Of a DNA stretch of 48,547 bases, positions 47,901 through 48,547 are shown piece by piece. Position numbers and translations under genes: made by a program. The notes beneath the pieces were generated by a model, which had not been told where the DNA came from, searched no databases, and was given only the letters and a program-made list of their open reading frames with translations. The stretch lies in contig ASPP01020001.1 of assembly GCA_000512085.1 (NCBI GenBank), forward strand, positions 1-48,547, written 5' to 3'. How positions within the stretch are numbered: position 1 is the first letter of the stretch; every line of letters begins with the position of its first letter. Origin of the DNA: Reticulomyxa filosa. Taxonomy: Eukaryota > Protista > Foraminifera.

Positions 47901-48091
47901 TTCACAATGCTGTTCCTCCACAAGTAATGCTTCCGATCAATAACACATTTGTGAACGAGGTTTGTTCTTTTTTGGAAGTGAGGAAAAATTTACTATTTGT
48001 CGGAAAAATAGCAACAAGATATTAACATAACAAAATAAAATTTAAAAAAAGGAAAAACAAGACGAGGAAACCAAGCGAGCAAAGAACTTAA
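44997..48091 (+). CDS. eIF2-alpha kinase, HRI-like
   Basis: SRYGNDFEE..IGIGAFGTVHKVRHRLDGQVYAVKKI, LREIRSLSRLNHPNVVRYYTGW.E, large kinase insert, LFVQTEYC, IHRDLKPENIF, KIGDFGL, HTGGVGTQLYTAPE. The N-terminal LLIILLHKVC..F..MCLKL..MGML resembles the HRI N-domain. Terminal exons uncertain. Confidence 0.88.
46718..46797 (+). repeat. Hexanucleotide microsatellite (AAT ACC / AAT ATC / AAT GTC) encoding alternating N-T/N-I/N-V
   Basis: NTNTNTNININININTNTNINVNVNVNT-type tract in the kinase insert. Confidence 0.85.
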
Positions 48092-48547
48092 GCGTTACAA
48101 AGTACAATGAGTTTGCTGATATATTCGAAAAATGTGTTAAAAAAAGTCAACACTAAGATAATTTTACTATTTTTCATCTACTAGAAAAACTTTTTTAATC
48201 TTAAATGGTGTCAAAGTTTCGGAAAAAATTGGTGTTTTGTTTAGATATGTTTTAGCAATTTTTTGTTGGGTAAACGCTGACTTTGATTGATATGCACGAA
48301 GTAAAGATGAAAACATTCAAACATATTTTGAACATGAAAAAACTAGTACTGAACATTACATTAATTTTTATATAATATGTAATGTAGTGTATTAGTCCTT
48401 GATAAATGAAAGTGCATAACTAAAAAGACAATATTATCTAAAACAGCTTTTTAGAAATTTAATAAAAACGTAATATTTTGAAAAGCATAAACGAAATATT
48501 TGTGCATACTAATAACATGAAAAGTATTATTTAATATTTTTTTTTTT

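Noticed and set aside
6021-48091. Co-location of gene-expression genes (XRN1, TFIIH p44, eIF5B, TAF13, RPS7, eIF2-alpha kinase)
   Set aside because: Mixed orientations and unrelated genes in between; expected by chance in a housekeeping-rich region.
1-48547. Alternative nuclear genetic code or selenocysteine
   Set aside because: TAA, TAG and TGA all terminate conserved genes, and no in-frame stop falls at a conserved position of a recognisable protein.

Overview
Eukaryotic nuclear DNA: AT-rich, gene-dense, with many short (about 55-300 bp) GT-AG introns full of homopolymer runs and alternating purine-pyrimidine microsatellites. The style suggests a rhizarian protist, possibly a Reticulomyxa-like foraminiferan (inference only). 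I reconstructed 16 protein genes by hand with exon phases checked: STE20-type kinase (partial), a PAQR fusion protein, XRN1, WrbA-type quinone reductase, SLC45/SUT-like transporter, RBR E3 ligase, TFIIH p44, eIF5B, a divergent CMGC kinase, VPS36, CFAP58, TAF13, RPS7, HS3ST-like sulfotransferase, EMC4 and an HRI-like eIF2-alpha kinase. There is also one probable pseudogene. Most interesting: (1) an adenylyl-cyclase-type membrane anchor fused to a PAQR/CREST 7TM domain instead of a cyclase; (2) many introns with inverted polarity (U-rich 5' part, A-rich 3' end, AAG acceptors, GTT donors); (3) a GC-richer intergenic island at about 20.9-21.06 kb with nested stems; (4) seven frameshifts in otherwise intact genes, probably assembly errors; (5) RPS7 with a long K/Q/P N-terminal extension. 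No rRNA, tRNA, CRISPR or transposon was recognised.
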